From NCBI RefSeq assembly GCF_009914755.1, contig NC_060931.1: a stretch of 64,000 nt of DNA; one strand, given 5' to 3'. Numbering within the stretch: position 1 is the stretch's first letter; every line of letters starts with the position of its first letter. Of this stretch, positions 36,623 through 56,215 are shown in pieces. The stretch is from the human T2T-CHM13v2.0 reference genome, Homo sapiens. Below the pieces are notes generated by a model. The model did no database searches, was not told where the DNA came from, and saw nothing but the letters and a program-made list of their open reading frames with translations. A program made the position numbers and the translations under genes.

Positions 36623-37442
36623 ACTTGGAGGTTTGTTTCAGCTGATTATGTTTTTATAATGTAGCTTATATTAATTTTTATGTTTATAAATATAATCTTT
36701 TAAAGTTATAAGTACATAATCTTTGTATATCCTTGTTTATTTTTATTTTTAATTTTTTTATAAAATATTTTTTATTTTTAAAAATAATAGAAACATGGTT
36801 TCACTGTGTTGCCCAGGCCAGTCTTGAACTCCTGAACTCAAAGTATCCTCCCACCTCGGCCTCCCAAAGTGCTAGGATTACAGACGTGAGCCACCACTTA
36901 TGATCTTTATAAGTTTAGCTCCAACTTTGCCACCACTGTTCTCTGTCGCCTTTTAAATTCCTTTGCTCTCATACATAAATGGAATTCTTTTCCAATATTT
37001 CCATATTGCTATGGTGCCTTTATTTATTTATTTTATTGGGCAACCCCCGCCAAACCAGAATAGGTTCATAGAGACTCTCTGCCTTTGCTATGTTCCCTTT
37101 TAGTATTTAATGTTACAGTTGAATGTTTTATGTCAGTCTGGTTCTCTTCCCTACAGCTTATTTTTCATGCTCAAACCTTTAAAATTTTCTTTCTTTCTTT
37201 AATTTCACCAGGATATATCTAGGTATGTGTTTTCTTTCAATATTCTTGCTGATCTTCGGTGGGAGTTTGAAGTATCAGCTGTTTTTAGCTCAGGGATTTT
37301 TTTTTTCTCCATTATTTCTTTACTTCTTCTATACACTCTAGTCTGTCATACTAAATGTTGGATTTTCTGGATCTATTTTTCCTATACCTTTTCTTTTGTA
37401 ATTTCAATTTCGTTGTTTTTCTATTCTATATTCTGAGTAAAT

Positions 37443-37782
<340 letters not shown>

Positions 37783-39808
37783 AGTAAATTCTTTAATATG
37801 CTCTTTTTAGTTTATCATTTCAGTTTACATTGTTGTTGATTCCGCTGTTCTCAACTGTTGAGTTTGATTTCATTATTATGTGTTTTATTTCCAAGTGTGC
37901 TTCTCTACTATTTTTTTCCTTTTTTTTCTGCTGTATAGTTTCTCTTCTTGTCATCTGCTGTTTCTGTAGCAGTTTCTCTTGCTTTGTCAATGTAATATCC
38001 TTTTAAATCCCTGTTAACTCTCACTGAGGTTGTTGATTAGAATTTTTTAAAAAGTTTTCTGTGCTTTCTTGCCTTGACTTAACTCTTTTTGAGGACTGCT
38101 TGGTCTCCTTTACAGCTCCTGATTGTCATTTATAACACCTAGTCATTTTCCATTGTCTTTGCCTACTTACAGTGAAAGTCTAGGCTAGTTTAAATTGGTA
38201 ATTTGTATTCTTTAATGATTGTTAGCCCCCGAGTGAGCCTCACTTTCATAGCTTTCCTTCCCTCACACCAAAGGAAAAGTAGGAGATCTTAGTATTAGAG
38301 GCCTACTTCATGTATATGGCCTGTTGATGAGGATGCCTGCTCTTTTTTGACGTCTGGGGAGAGTTCCCAAATCTTTTTGTATTTTACTTCCTGGAGTCTC
38401 TCCAAGATGATTCTCTATATAATCAGGCAAACAAATGAGGAAATGTCACTGCTTGGCCAAATTGCTTTCCTTTGTGCCCTTGCTTGGCTGGAATTCTCTC
38501 TTCTAGCCCTCTCACTCCTTGTGGTGTTTGGTGGGTAACCTCACTATGAAATTTCACTTCCATTTCTGGTAGAAGATTAGTTTAAAAACTTTCAAGTGCT
38601 ACTTTTTTTTGTTGTTTTTTTTTTTTTTTTTCAGGAAAAGAATTAGAATGAATGTTGCTTCCAGAGTAGGTTTCCATTTGCCATCTACCCCCGGCCCCAT
38701 TTTTTGTTCATCAGCAAATACTTATTGAATGCTGCCTGTGCTAGGAAATATATGATGAAGAATACAAAGTCTACTCATGGAGACTATATTTTAATAAAAA
38801 GACTAAACTTTGACATCATTCTCTTACATATTTTTACATAAGGAAAGAGTATTTGTTTTATCTTGGTGGGAACTTTTATTCATCCAATGAATAATATATT
38901 AAAGAAAACAAGTGGGAAATTTCATGCAGAAATTACATACAAGAAATAGGAAGAAAATATACAAAGGTCAAAACTTAGTAAGTCACATTGACCTAGCATG
39001 TTGCCTGGATTATTTAGGTATGCAATAACTTTTTACTGAAATGGAATGTTCTCAAGTACTGTGAGGCCAAGTAATTCAAGATAGAGAGGAAGGAACACCA
39101 TCCATGTCTGTCGGCAAAATAGTAGCAAAACCTTTTCACCTCTCGCATAGGAATTTAGTTAACTTTTTAGGTATGTTTCTTGGAGCCCTTACAGTATCAA
39201 CTACATTAGTAGGCTATACCGCTATGGAAAAAATGATCTCTGAGTAAATTGCATGTAGACCAGAAGGAAATATAAATGAACTAGTTTCCAGATGCCGATA
39301 CAATGGCTGTAGGCTTCATTGAGTGCAGTGATTCTTGAAACTGGGTAGATCTTGCAGCAGTCCACACAGCTATCTGGGAGCTTTCATCCCAATGCTGACA
39401 GCTCATGTGCAAGGAGATGAGATCTAAATCAGATAGGTATAGAGACCATGCTAGCTGAGATGTTAATGAAGCAAGGACTCCTGAAGAAGGGGAACTTGAC
39501 ACTGTACTGCCCACATGCTATGCTTCTCTTCTGTATTCGTAGTGAGTCTAGTGCCAAGTGTAGCCTGTGATAGTCTTTGATTTTTAATATTCTTTGAGCT
39601 TAATGGGCACTGCAGTGGTTTAATCAGGTCTTGGGATCCCGACAGGTGTTTCCCCCAGGTCCATTAGGAGTCTTCTGTTACTTTTAGAGATCGTTTTTAT
39701 AGTGTAATATACTAATTTTCCTTTAATTTAGGCTCAGGTTTCTGGGACTTTGGTCCACCTCAGTTTGCAGATTTCACAAGCAAATTATTTTACGTTTCTT
39801 TTCTACAG

Positions 39809-39868
39809 ACTTTACCCCTTATTTGGGATGTGTGAAAAATTTTTACAGGAAGTAGACTTTTTTCAGAG
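39809..39868 (+). pseudogene. INTS4: INTS4-like exon (~exon 19), 60 bp
   Basis: ctacag|ACTTTAC...CAGAG|gtaagt; LYPLFGMCEKFLQEVDFFQ. Confidence 0.93.
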
Positions 39869-40191
39869 GTAAGTATTTTATAACTCTTCCGGCTTATAAA
39901 ATCTTGGTTACACGGAGTATAGCACTTGCAGGCAATAGGAACAATCACAAATCACATTCCTTGGTTTAGCTTGTGCAGCCAGGCTATCATCTGTGGCCAT
40001 GTCGTTAACCTTAAATTAGGAAAAAAAAACTAATTTGGTTTTTTTCCTTAATATTATAGAAACTTCTTTGAAGTTGGAGCTTCAAAACTAAACCTACCAG
40101 GAATCACTTGCATTTAGCACTCAGCTAGGCCATAAAAACACAAGTAATATGAAGAAAACGTGTAAATACGTTTGTTGAAAAAAATCATTAG

Positions 40192-40473
<282 letters not shown>

Positions 40474-41284
40474 TAACTCCTGACCTCAAGTGATCTGCCT
40501 GCCTTGGCCTCCCAAAGTGCTGGGATTACAGGCATGAGCCACCACCGCGTCTGACCTCATTATTATTTTTTGAGACAGGGTCTCACTCTGTCACCCAGAC
40601 TGGCACAGCTCACTGCACCCTTGAACTCCTGGGCTAAAGCTATCATCCTACTTCAGACTCCTGAGTAGCTAGGACTACAGGCATGTGCCACCATGCCTGG
40701 ATAATTTTTAATATTTTTTTTAGAGATGGGGTCTTGCTGTGTTGCTCAGGCTGGTCTCAAACTCCTGGCTTCAAGAGATCCTCCTGCCTCTGCCTCCTGA
40801 AGTATTGGGATTACAGGTGTGAACCACTGCACCAGGCCCACACTGTTCTTATACTTGCATATTTCTCTGTAATCTACAAACAATTGTTTTGTAATTCTAT
40901 AGGTAAATTTTATTTTGTAGAATACATATATTTTTTCAGAGTTTTATATGGAATGAATCTGTTAAAGCACATGCAGTAGTTGAATGGAAAGCTTGATGAA
41001 GAAATAGGAGTCAAGGGAGTGACCAGACTTCTGGTATGCTGGCAGAATAATACTGGGAGAAGACATAGGATCTTAAAGCACTGATGAAGTCTGTTTCATT
41101 TCTTCCGCTCATTGTCTCTGCCCTCATGAAGTTCACCAAACCTGAGGTTTTTGTGACTCTGTACTTGTCATTGGGGTGATGATAGCTTCTTACAGGGCTG
41201 AGTTGCAACGCTACCTTCACCAGCAGGTAATGCTGTCTAGCAAACTGTACCATCTAGCTTAGCTTTTTAAGATCCTAGTTTTGA

Positions 41285-41587
41285 GGCTGGGCGCGGTGGC
41301 TCACGCCTGTAATCCCAGCACTTTGGGAGGCTGAGGCGGGTGGATCATGAGGTCAGGAGTTCGAGACCAGCCTGGCCAACATAATGAAACCCTGTCTCTA
41401 CTAAAAAATACAAAAAATTAGTAGGGCGTGGTGGTGGGCAGCTGTAATCCCAGCCACTCGGGAGGCTGAGGCAGGAGAATTGCTTGAACACAGGAGGCGG
41501 AGGTTCCAGTGAGCCGAGATCACGCCATTGCACACCAGCCCGGGCAATAGCGCGAGACTCCTTCTCAAAAAGAAAATAAAAAATAAA
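41285..41587 (+). mobile_element. AluS
   Basis: Dimeric Alu with TSD CTAGTTTTGA. Confidence 0.9.
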
Positions 41588-42327
41588 TTCTAGTTTTGAA
41601 TCTGAAATAAGTTCATGCCTTACTTTTGGCTTTAGATTCTTTAAAGTAGAGAGTCTGTTTTTGCACAGTTGGGTTGAAAAGATTTTTGGGAAGATGATAG
41701 CTCTGAATCCCCAAAGTTCTTCATCTGATGTTCTTAATTCATCCTTTGAGTTCCTGCACAGATATCACCTCCTCAGTGAGATATTTTTTGACTATCCACT
41801 GGCACGAGGCCCAAAATTGGATCAGTCTGAGACAGGAGTAACGTACTTAACTTTTCTGAGCCTCAGTGAGGCATCATCCCCTCTGAGTCTCAGTGTTTCT
41901 GCCACTTGAATGTAAGCTCCATTGAAGCAATCGTTTTGTTCTCTTTTGTTCACTGTGTTTCCAGAACCTAAAATAGTGCTTGGTGCTTCGTAGGTCTTAA
42001 AAATGTATTTGTTAAAATAATTAATGAATCTATAATATGAAAATAAAAATTCTAATGATGCATAGGATTGCTGGGAGTTAAATAAGATCATGTAAAACAC
42101 TTAAGAGTATGCCTGGCACATAATGGTTATCAATAAACAGAGGCCTTTCTGATGATCATGTGACTGAGGCATGATTGTATAGGTACCAGTCTATCTTGGT
42201 CGTAAATTGCAAGCTCTTCTCACTTCATCATTCTTCCTACTTCAGGGTTTGGTAGGTGTCTGGGGCCCAGCCTGTGGTGAATGTGTGCACAGTTGAATGA
42301 GTCAGTTGCTTCTGTTTGTTCCTCCAG

Positions 42328-42487
42328 GTATTTCATCGCTGATTTGCCCCACTTGCAGGACAGCTTTGTGGACAAACTCCTTGACCTTATGCCCCGACTC
42401 ATGACATCCAAACCTGCAGAAGTGGTCAAAATTCTACAGACCATGCTGCGACAGAGTGCCTTTCTGCATCTCCCACTTCCAGAGCAG
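42328..42487 (+). pseudogene. INTS4: INTS4-like exon (~exon 20), 160 bp
   Basis: ctccag|GTATTTC...GAGCAG|gtcagg; YFIADLPHLQDSFVDKLLDLMPRLMTSKPAEVVKILQTMLRQSAFLHLPLPEQ. Confidence 0.95.
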
Positions 42488-42705
42488 GTCAGGGTCTATT
42501 TGGCCCCTGTAGGCCAAATCTGTCCAGACGGTCAAAAATCTTTACCTTGGTGATCTTCTTTGACCAATGGAGCAGCTGGGCTAGGCTCTTCCTCTGAGTG
42601 GCTCCCACATGCCCACTCATTAGATAAGGAGACAGAAAAAAGATGTGTTTTCTTGTCCAGGAATGACCTGGCTTTAGAATCATAGGATTTTCCTCTGGCT
42701 TACAG

Positions 42706-42849
42706 ATCCACAAAGCCTCAGCCACCATCATTGAGCCAGCGGGCGAGTCAGACAACCCTTTGCAGTTTAACTCTGGGTTGGTGGTTGCCCTGGATGTTGA
42801 TGCAACCCTGGAGCATGTGCAGGATCCTCAGAACACTGTTAAGGTCCAG
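42706..42849 (+). pseudogene. INTS4: INTS4-like exon (~exon 21), 144 bp; last INTS4 exon found
   Basis: ttacag|ATCCAC...GTCCAG|gtctgt; IHKASATIIEPAGESDNPLQFNSGLVVALDVDATLEHVQDPQNTVKVQ. Confidence 0.95.
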
Positions 42850-44594
42850 GTCTGTCGGGTTTGGGTCCTCGTGGAGCTTCTAGACTGACCTTGTGTTGAA
42901 GTATTTAATGTTAGTACCCCTATAGTCTCTACTTGAGGGACAGAAACTGGGACAGGAGAAGAAATGAGCCTCTGTGGGAAAGAACCTAGGCTTGAATCTC
43001 AACTGAGTGTGGTTTGAAGCAAGTTACTTTAAACTCTGAGTCTCAGATTCTACAACTGACAAATAGGAGGAGTTGACATAAAGAGATAATGAATTTAAAG
43101 CCCCCAGGACCCAGTAAGGGTTCAGTAAATGATAAGACCTTTTCTAATCTTGTAATGTGACGTTAAGATTTGGTCTTTTATTACAGAAAACTATAATAAA
43201 CAAGTTCCTTTCAGGCTGTGAGTCAGTCAGCTGGCAGATAAAATTTATGGATGGGAAAAAGCGATTACTAGGAAATATTCTTTCCCAAGTTACATAGATG
43301 TAATAGAGACACATGAGAAATGTAGTAGAGACACTAATCAATTCAGACAGTGCAGTTAAGCCCCACAAAGAGTACTACTCCTTCATTCATCCATCTGTCC
43401 ACTCATTCATCCTTCCTTCCATCCATCTGTGCAATCGTGTTTACTCTATTGCATGCACTAAGTGCTGTGGTTGCCAAGGTAAATATATCACAGTTCTTCC
43501 TCTCGGGGTGTACACAGTTTCATTGAGAGACATACAAATGGGCAGGCAATTATAAAACAGGGTTTGGTGAGTAGACATGCACAGGATGGGTCATCTCCTA
43601 GACTGTCTCCTAAAAAACCCTTTCAAAGCACCTCTATCACATGCAGGGCTAAACCTTTTAGAGTATTCAATTTGGAGTGTGGTGGAGGCTCAGGAAAGGA
43701 AAGGAGAAGGGCACAAGGGATATGAGAGAAGGGCCGAAGGGATATGAGTCAAAGCAGGGATGCAAGCACTGGCAGGAAGTACAATAAGGGGACAGAAAAA
43801 TAGGCTGGAACAGGCAGAGAAGGCTTCCTGGAGGAGGTAAGGATGAATCAGGCCTTGAAGATTACGCTTTTCGGCTATGGTGACAATAAAGGAACGGGCC
43901 TTCTGGCTTCCAAGCAGAAATTATTATAAATTATGAGACCTGCAGAGAACTAGTTCTGAGCTAGCTATGAAGTTGTATTGCATATTGGAGTGTTTTTGTT
44001 TTGTTTTGTTTTTTTCCACATTAGTGGTTGTCCACCTTCACTGCACTTTAGGATTACTCAGAAAGCATTAAGAACAGATGAATAGGTGTCAGCCTACATT
44101 AATTAAATCAAAATCCTGAGAATAGGGCCTATGGGCACTAGTGTTTAAGAGTTCATAGGTGATTCTAATACGTAGTCAGTGATACCAGCAGAACTACTGT
44201 TTTACATTGTCCCTGAAAAAAAACTTCACTGATCACCTGAGTGTAAAGGAGATTGTAGGCAGGTTACTTAAGGGTCATCTCCTAGACTGTCTCCTAAACC
44301 CCCTTCAAAGCACATCTACCACACGCAAGGCTAAACCTTTTAGGTACCTTATAGGTAGAGGGACGGGAAACTCACTGCCCCATCGTGGGACAGGTCCAGT
44401 GCTTTGAAAGTGCCATCCAGTCCAGTCACCACACCCTGAGTCATTCCTCTGTTCCAGGCACTACTTACTTCAGGTGCTCGATAGAGATATAGCAGTAAAC
44501 ATGCCTCAGAGATGACACTGAGATTACATTCCCCAATAAAATACTGTAGATCTGTTCTTTAAAGCAAAGCCTGCAGAACTCCATTCATTAACTA

Positions 44595-46299
<1,705 letters not shown>

Positions 46300-46502
46300 T
46301 TAACATCTGTTAATGAGACCTTTCCTCGATTAAATATTCTGTCATTGGAGATTGGTACATTTCTTTGTCAAGGGCAACAGTTTTTAAGCCATTCACATAC
46401 ACACGTTCCTGGGAGAAGTGACACTGGGGAGATTTTTTTTTTAACCCCTGAAAATAAACATATCGGAGAATACATTCATGATCTCTCCACAGGTTCTAAT
46501 AA

Positions 46503-47193
<691 letters not shown>

Positions 47194-48808
47194 ATCCATG
47201 GCTATTTTCACCATGCCTCGCTTTCCCCTGTTGGTTCAGTCACCCTCAAAGGACAGAGCCTCTGTGCTATAGGCCTCCCCCCAGATCTGTGCATTGCCTA
47301 ATATGACTGGACCCTCCTCCCCACTCCCCATCCTGCCCCAGCTCCTCTGATGACATCATCGGCTCTGGAGCCACCACTCAGCCTCTTGCAGGAGGGTCCC
47401 CTCTCTCCAACCCCACTGGCCCCTCAGGACCCCACATCCCCCGGCACCGTCTGGTGCAGGGACTCTTTTTTCTCCTATACCCCACGTACTGTAGAATCTA
47501 AGGTAGGGTCTATATCCTTCATGGTTCCTGTGGTCGTGTCCAAGACCTTTCTCTTTCAAAGGCAGCGGAGTCACCTGCTGTCCCTCTCAGTGACTGCTGT
47601 CTGCTGGTCTTCCGCTTGCACCTCGTCATCCATTGAGGACTTGTGTTCCTGGCTGACTGCGTTCTCCATCCTTCTTGCCGTCTTGTAGAGCAGCAACCCC
47701 TCTACATTCCCCCAGCAGGTTTGCAACAGTGATTTCATACAAGACGTTGGTGTCGTCACCCACGTGGACAGGCCAGCCTACTCCGCATCTCTCTGGGCAC
47801 TTAGACTGCTGCAGCTCCAGTGAGCTTTTCCAACATGCCTCTCAGCCACCACTCCCTGCCTGCGGTCACACCTGGGACCCTCCATCACCCAGAAAGGAGA
47901 CTTCAGACAGCTCTCTGCTGACCTCTCTTCTGTTGCTCCAGAACTCTCCACTTGGCCTCCCCACCTCATTGTCACTCTCTCTGTGGTCATTGCCTTCCTT
48001 AATCATGGTTCATAATTAAAATCAACTCCTGCAGGGCGAGGTGGTTCACGCCTGTAATCCCAGCACTTTGGGAGGCCGAAGTGGGTGGATCACTTGAGGT
48101 CAGGAGTTCGAGACCAGCCTGGCCAAAATGGCAAAACCCCTGTCTCTACTGAAAATACAAAAATTAGCTGGGTGTGGTGGCAGGCGCCTGTAATCCTAGC
48201 TACTAGGGAGGCTGAGGCAGGAAAAATCGCTTGAATCCGGGAGGTGGAGGTTGCAGTGAGCCGAGATCACACCACTACACTCCAGCCTAGGCGACAGAGG
48301 GAGACTCCATCTCAAAAAAAGAAGAAAAAAAACCTCCTTTTTCTCTCTCTCTCCTGACATTGTTCCCCTGGGCAAGGGTGACATGAACAGGCTGGATCTC
48401 TTGCATCTGCAACTGGACAGCCAAGCATCACTGGGAAAGCACACACTCAGCTGCACTTTCACTTTATTCATCTATTTATTCATTTACTTATTTATTTATT
48501 TATTTATTTATTTATTTTAGTGACAGGGTCTCACTCTGTCACCCAGGCTGGAGTGCAGTGGTGTGATCAGAGCTCACTGCAGCCTCCATCTCCTGAAGCG
48601 ATCCTCCCATCTCAGGTTCTGTGGGAGCTGGGATCACAGGCGTGCACCACACCATGCCCATCTAATTTTCTAATTTTCTATAGAGATAAGGTCTCGCCAT
48701 GTTGCCTAGGCTGCTCTTGAACTCCTGGCCTCAAGCAATCCTCCTCACCTCAACACCCCAAAGTGCTGGGATTACAGGTGTGAGCCACCATGTTTGGCTG
48801 TACTTTGA

Positions 48809-49027
<219 letters not shown>

Positions 49028-49312
49028 TGAACTCCTGGCCTCAGGTGATCCACCCATTTCAGCCTCTGAAAGTGCTGGGATTACAGGCGTGAGCCACCGC
49101 ACCTGGCCTGGCTGGACTTTCACTTTAAATTCAGACTTCAAGTGGGCTTCCTGGCAACCCCTCTACATTCCCCCAGGAGGTTTGCAACAGCGATTTCATA
49201 CTTCCTCTCTCTCTCTCCTCAAACCTCCTGTGCTTCCTTCCCTCCCTCCCTTCTGCTCAGCTGACACTCACTTCTCCAACATTACTAGAAGCCCTCAGAG
49301 TGAATGTTCTTA

Positions 49313-49986
<674 letters not shown>

Positions 49987-51979
49987 TGTCCTTTTGATTT
50001 ATGAAGCCTCGGCCCGGCCTGAGCTGTGGGTTCCTATTCCTTCTGGCTTTCTCAAGCTTTTCTTGTCCACTGGAAGCTTTCACTAGAGGGTAGAGGACTG
50101 GCTCTGTAATTGGGGACCTAATTGATGCTCTGTTTTCTGTAAAGAGGAATTTTTCTAATTGCCACTTAGCAGGGAGCCTGGCTAGGGATGGAATCTGGGG
50201 GCCTTACTATTGGTTCACCCTCCTGGGGACCCCTCATCTTTGGTCCATGCATATTCTCCTTGGGGTGGCATCCTGGAATTAATGATCTCTTACACATCAC
50301 AGCACCTCGAAGCTCCCCCAGACACATCCTCATCCAGCCTCTCACTCTGATGCCATCATTGTCTAGGGACACCTCCGCATAGGTCCATACCATGTCTCAA
50401 GCTGCTCATCTCAACAACATTTGTGCTCCAGGAGGTGGAGGTGCCCTAGGGGGCTCCTCACCAAGGGAGTGGGCAGGTGATCCCAGCACTTTGGGAGGCC
50501 GAGGCAGGTGGGTCATTTGAGGTCAGGAGTTCATGATCAGCCTGACCAACATGGTGAAACCCTATTTCTGCTAAAAATACAAAAAAATTAGCCAGGCCTG
50601 GTGGTGCATGCCTGTAGTCCCAGCTACTCAGGAGGCTGAAGAGAATCGCTTGAACCTGTAAAGCGGAGCTTGCAGTGAGCCGAGATCACACCACTGCCCT
50701 CCAGCCTGGGTGACAGAGTGAGATTTAATAAAAGTGTATGCATTGAACCCATTGGGAGGTTTATCTGTTAGGGAAATGGGAATAACTGGGAATCACACAA
50801 TCAGAGAGACAGGAGTCGGGACTTGCATGGGGCTGTGATGCCGTGGCCTGTGGGTCTGGGTGGGGGAATGTGATGCACTCTGCCCTCCCCCTAGGCCCCA
50901 TCCCTCCTGTCTAACTCAGTTGTCCTTACCTGTGGCTCTCAGGCTCCCCTGCAAAGGCACATTGTGGCTGCAGCTTCCAGCTTCCTCAGAAGCAAACATC
51001 CTTTGGTAAAAGCCAAGAGGTCAAGCCGGGCTTGGTGGTTCACTCCTGTAATCCCAGCACTTTGGGAGGCTGAGTATCACGAGGTCAGGAGTTCAAGACC
51101 AGTCTGGCCAACATAATATAACAGTATAACGTATAATAGTCGAATGCATAAAAAAAATTACAATGACAGCAAAAAAAACAAAACAGGACCAAAAAAAGAC
51201 AAATCAGACTTACCTTTCTCCGTGCTAGATTTCTAGGAGGCCACACTCTTCTCTTCCTGTTCCTCCCCTAAATAAAAATGGAGCACAAAATTATGACTAC
51301 AGATTTCTTCAAGAAAGACCTGTAGATTCTGCAAGAGCAAGATCCTAGAAAGAGAGAATGAGGAAATGAACATTGAAGTCCAGACACAAAACAGGAAAGA
51401 GGGAGACTGGCTTCACTCTCTCCTGGTGGGACTGTCACAAAAACGAGTCAGAGGCAAAATTTCCTAAGACTGCTTCTTCTAGGTAATGCTTTAGTTTTAC
51501 CCCCTTCAAGCACTGCAGAGTCAGCATATTCTTTTCTGTGGCTTCAATTCTGCAAGATTCAGGTCTGATAGGAAATCATGTAAACCTGATTAGCAGAGTA
51601 CAAAGAAAAGAGAGAGGCAGAGGGAGAGGGAAAGAGAATCTCTTGGGAGAACTAAATGAATAGACACAGAAGCAGACTCAGGCGGGCGCAGTGCCTCACG
51701 CCTGTAATCCCAGCACTGGGAGGCCAAGGCTGGTGGATCACTTGAGATCAGGAGTCTGAGACAAGCGTGGCCAACATGGTGAAACCCTCTCGCTACTAAA
51801 AATACAAAGATATTAGCCAAGTGGTAGTAGCATGTGCCTGTAAGCCCAGCTATTTGGGAGGCTGAGGCAGGAGAATTGCTGAACCCAGGGGGCAGATGTT
51901 GCAGTAAGCCCAGATCACGCCACTGCACTCCAGCCTGGGCAATAGAGAGACACTCCGTTTCAAAAGAAAAAAAAATTCA

Positions 51980-52671
<692 letters not shown>

Positions 52672-52684
52672 TCACCTGAGGTCA

Positions 52685-52940
<256 letters not shown>

Positions 52941-53109
52941 TTATCCAAGAGAAATGAAAGCATATTCATAGCAGCTTTATTTGTGACTGCCCAACACAAG
53001 AAAAAACCCAAATATTCACCAACAGATAAATAGCTAAACAAATTGTGGTATATCCCTACGATGGAACACTACTCAGTAATAAAAAGAAATGAATTACTGA
53101 TACATGCTA

Positions 53110-53744
<635 letters not shown>

Positions 53745-54129
53745 TTATACCGATGGAAAGAAGCCAGACACAAGAGCACATACTGTTTCAGTTATATGAA
53801 ACACTAGAAAATACAAATGCCCTAACAACAAAGATCAGATCAGTAGGGCTGGGGGTTGGGACGGGGCTGACTGGAAAGAGGCCCTAGGAACCTTCTGGGT
53901 GATGGAAATGTTATTGTGATGATTACAAGTATGAATAAATTTGTCAAAATTCATCAAAATGCACACTTAAAGAGTGTATTTTATTACATTTAATTATATA
54001 GCAATAAAACACTGGCTTTAAAAAAGTCTCTGATAAGAGGCTGGTCTAGGCAAACTTGAGGATCCCTTCCACCCTAATTCTAGCCCAAATATTTTCTTTT
54101 TTTTTCTTTTTTTCTTTTTTTTTTCCTGA

Positions 54130-54234
<105 letters not shown>

Positions 54235-55074
54235 TGAGAGCTGGCATTATAGGCACACACCACCATGCCCAGCTAATTTTTTGTATTTTTAGTAGACAGG
54301 GTTTCACCATGCTGGCCAGGCTGGTCTTGAACTCCTGACCTCAGGTGATCTGCTCGCCTCAGCCTCCCAAAGTGCTGGGATTACAGGTGTGAACCACCAT
54401 GCCCAGCTAGTCCAAGTATTTTCTTAAAAATAAAATAAAACAAGGCCGGGCATGGGGGCTCACCCCTGTAATCCCAGTACTTTGGGAGGCCGAGGTGAGA
54501 GGATTGATTGAGCCCAGGTGTTTGAGACCAGCCTGGGCAACATAGTGAGACGTCATCTGTACAAAAAATAAAATAAATGAGCCAGGCATGGTGGTGCATA
54601 CTTGTAGTCCCAGCTACTTGGGAGGCTGAGGGGAGGATCACTTGAGCTCAGGAGTTTGCGACTGCAATAAGCTATGATTGCACCACTGCACTCCAGCCTG
54701 GGTGACCAAGTGAGACCCTGTCTCTTAAAACAAAAAAGAAAAGAAGGAAGGTAGGTATCAGGCATATATTAAATCATCTGAAAATTTTAAAAAGTCCTGA
54801 TTACTTTGTTTCACCGACATGAAAGTGACAGGACTATGGTCATGATATTGAAAACCTACCTGGCACTGTAATACAGGAATATTGGATTTTATTATTTTCC
54901 TCCCTGATTCTCATTCCAATATCAGTCATCAAATATTTAAAAAGTAATAATATGCAAACATACGTAAAGAAAATATAGTGGCCAGGTACAGTGGCTCATG
55001 CCTGTAATCCCAGCACTTTGGGAGGCTGAGGCGGTGGATCGCTTGAGGCCAGGAGTTTGAGACAAACCTGGCTA

Positions 55075-55248
<174 letters not shown>

Positions 55249-55724
55249 TCAGAAAAGAAAGAAAAGAAAAGAAGAGAAAAAAAGAAAAAGATAGTAAATA
55301 CATTTAATGAATGAAAGCATGATTAACTTAATTCCCAACTTGAAGTTGTATCGTTATTAACAATGTACCTGGTAAGTACTTATTTTAAAATTCTAATTCT
55401 AATTCTAATGGGAAAGGAGACGACAAAGTCGGACACTTCAACTCTGAGTTTGGGATGGCCCCAATTTTGCACTGAGAGTGCTCCTGCGCAGGACTGCATC
55501 ATTCATTCATGCTGTTTGGAAACAGGCAGCTGCTGAGAGATTAGACAGTGAAGCTACCCCAAAAAATAAATCAATGAAAAGAAAGCCTGGAGATTCTAGG
55601 AAATGATCTGCCTATGCGACTAAGCAGAATAAATGTAGACTCAGACAGGAAGCCTGGAAGAGGAAAAGGAAAGTCGGCGAAATCAGAAAGTTGGGCACAG
55701 GGAAGGCACAAGGCAGGGACTTAC

Positions 55725-56215
55725 CCTGCGTCCTGGGCCTCCGGGGCTCCTGCGGCTGCAACTTTCTGGCTGCAGGGGGCCAGGGCCGGCTCCGACGCTC
55801 AGGCGAGCAGTTCCCAGGGAGGTGAGCTGTGCAGACCGGCAGGGCCTCCACTGAACACTCTCCTGAGATCTGCTGATAAGCGGGGTGGCTTCTGATCAGT
55901 TCTGAAAGTGCCTCCGTAAACTGGAGACACCAGATCTCTGCTCTGCAAAGCCGGGCTGGGAGGACGCCTCGGCCCCGCCCCAGGGTAGGGGCTCCGCGAG
56001 CCTGCCCCCTCCTCCTCCGGGGGCTCAGCGCCTGCAGACGGAGAGGTGCACCGTGCGGAGTACGCTTTCTCGGAAAGCCGCGCCCTGTGGCACCTTTGCT
56101 TTGCAGAGGAGGAACAAAAGAGCTCCTGGACCTTCAGAAGCTGCTCTGCGCTGCCGCCACCGCCACTTGGGATAAGAGTAGGTGAGGGAAGCAAGGGACC
56201 GCGGCACTGATTCTG
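55725..56215. promoter_or_regulatory. CpG-rich, GC-box-containing promoter-like patch
   Basis: Only non-repeat CpG cluster in the window; GGCCCCGCCCC at 55971-55981; - strand donor AGG|GTAAGT at 55724; + strand TAG|GTGAGG at ~56181. Confidence 0.6.

Noticed and set aside
47350-48019. Two + strand ORFs (112 and 114 aa)
   Set aside because: Ser/Leu/Pro-rich antisense shadows of the purine-rich - strand relic, with no + strand splice support
56085-56186. Faint KRAB-A-like look on the + strand (FAEEEQK/ELLDLQKLLC...GTAG|gtgagg)
   Set aside because: Needs a frameshift, lacks the DV/W/MLENY motifs, and no zinc-finger exon was seen; too weak without an HMM search
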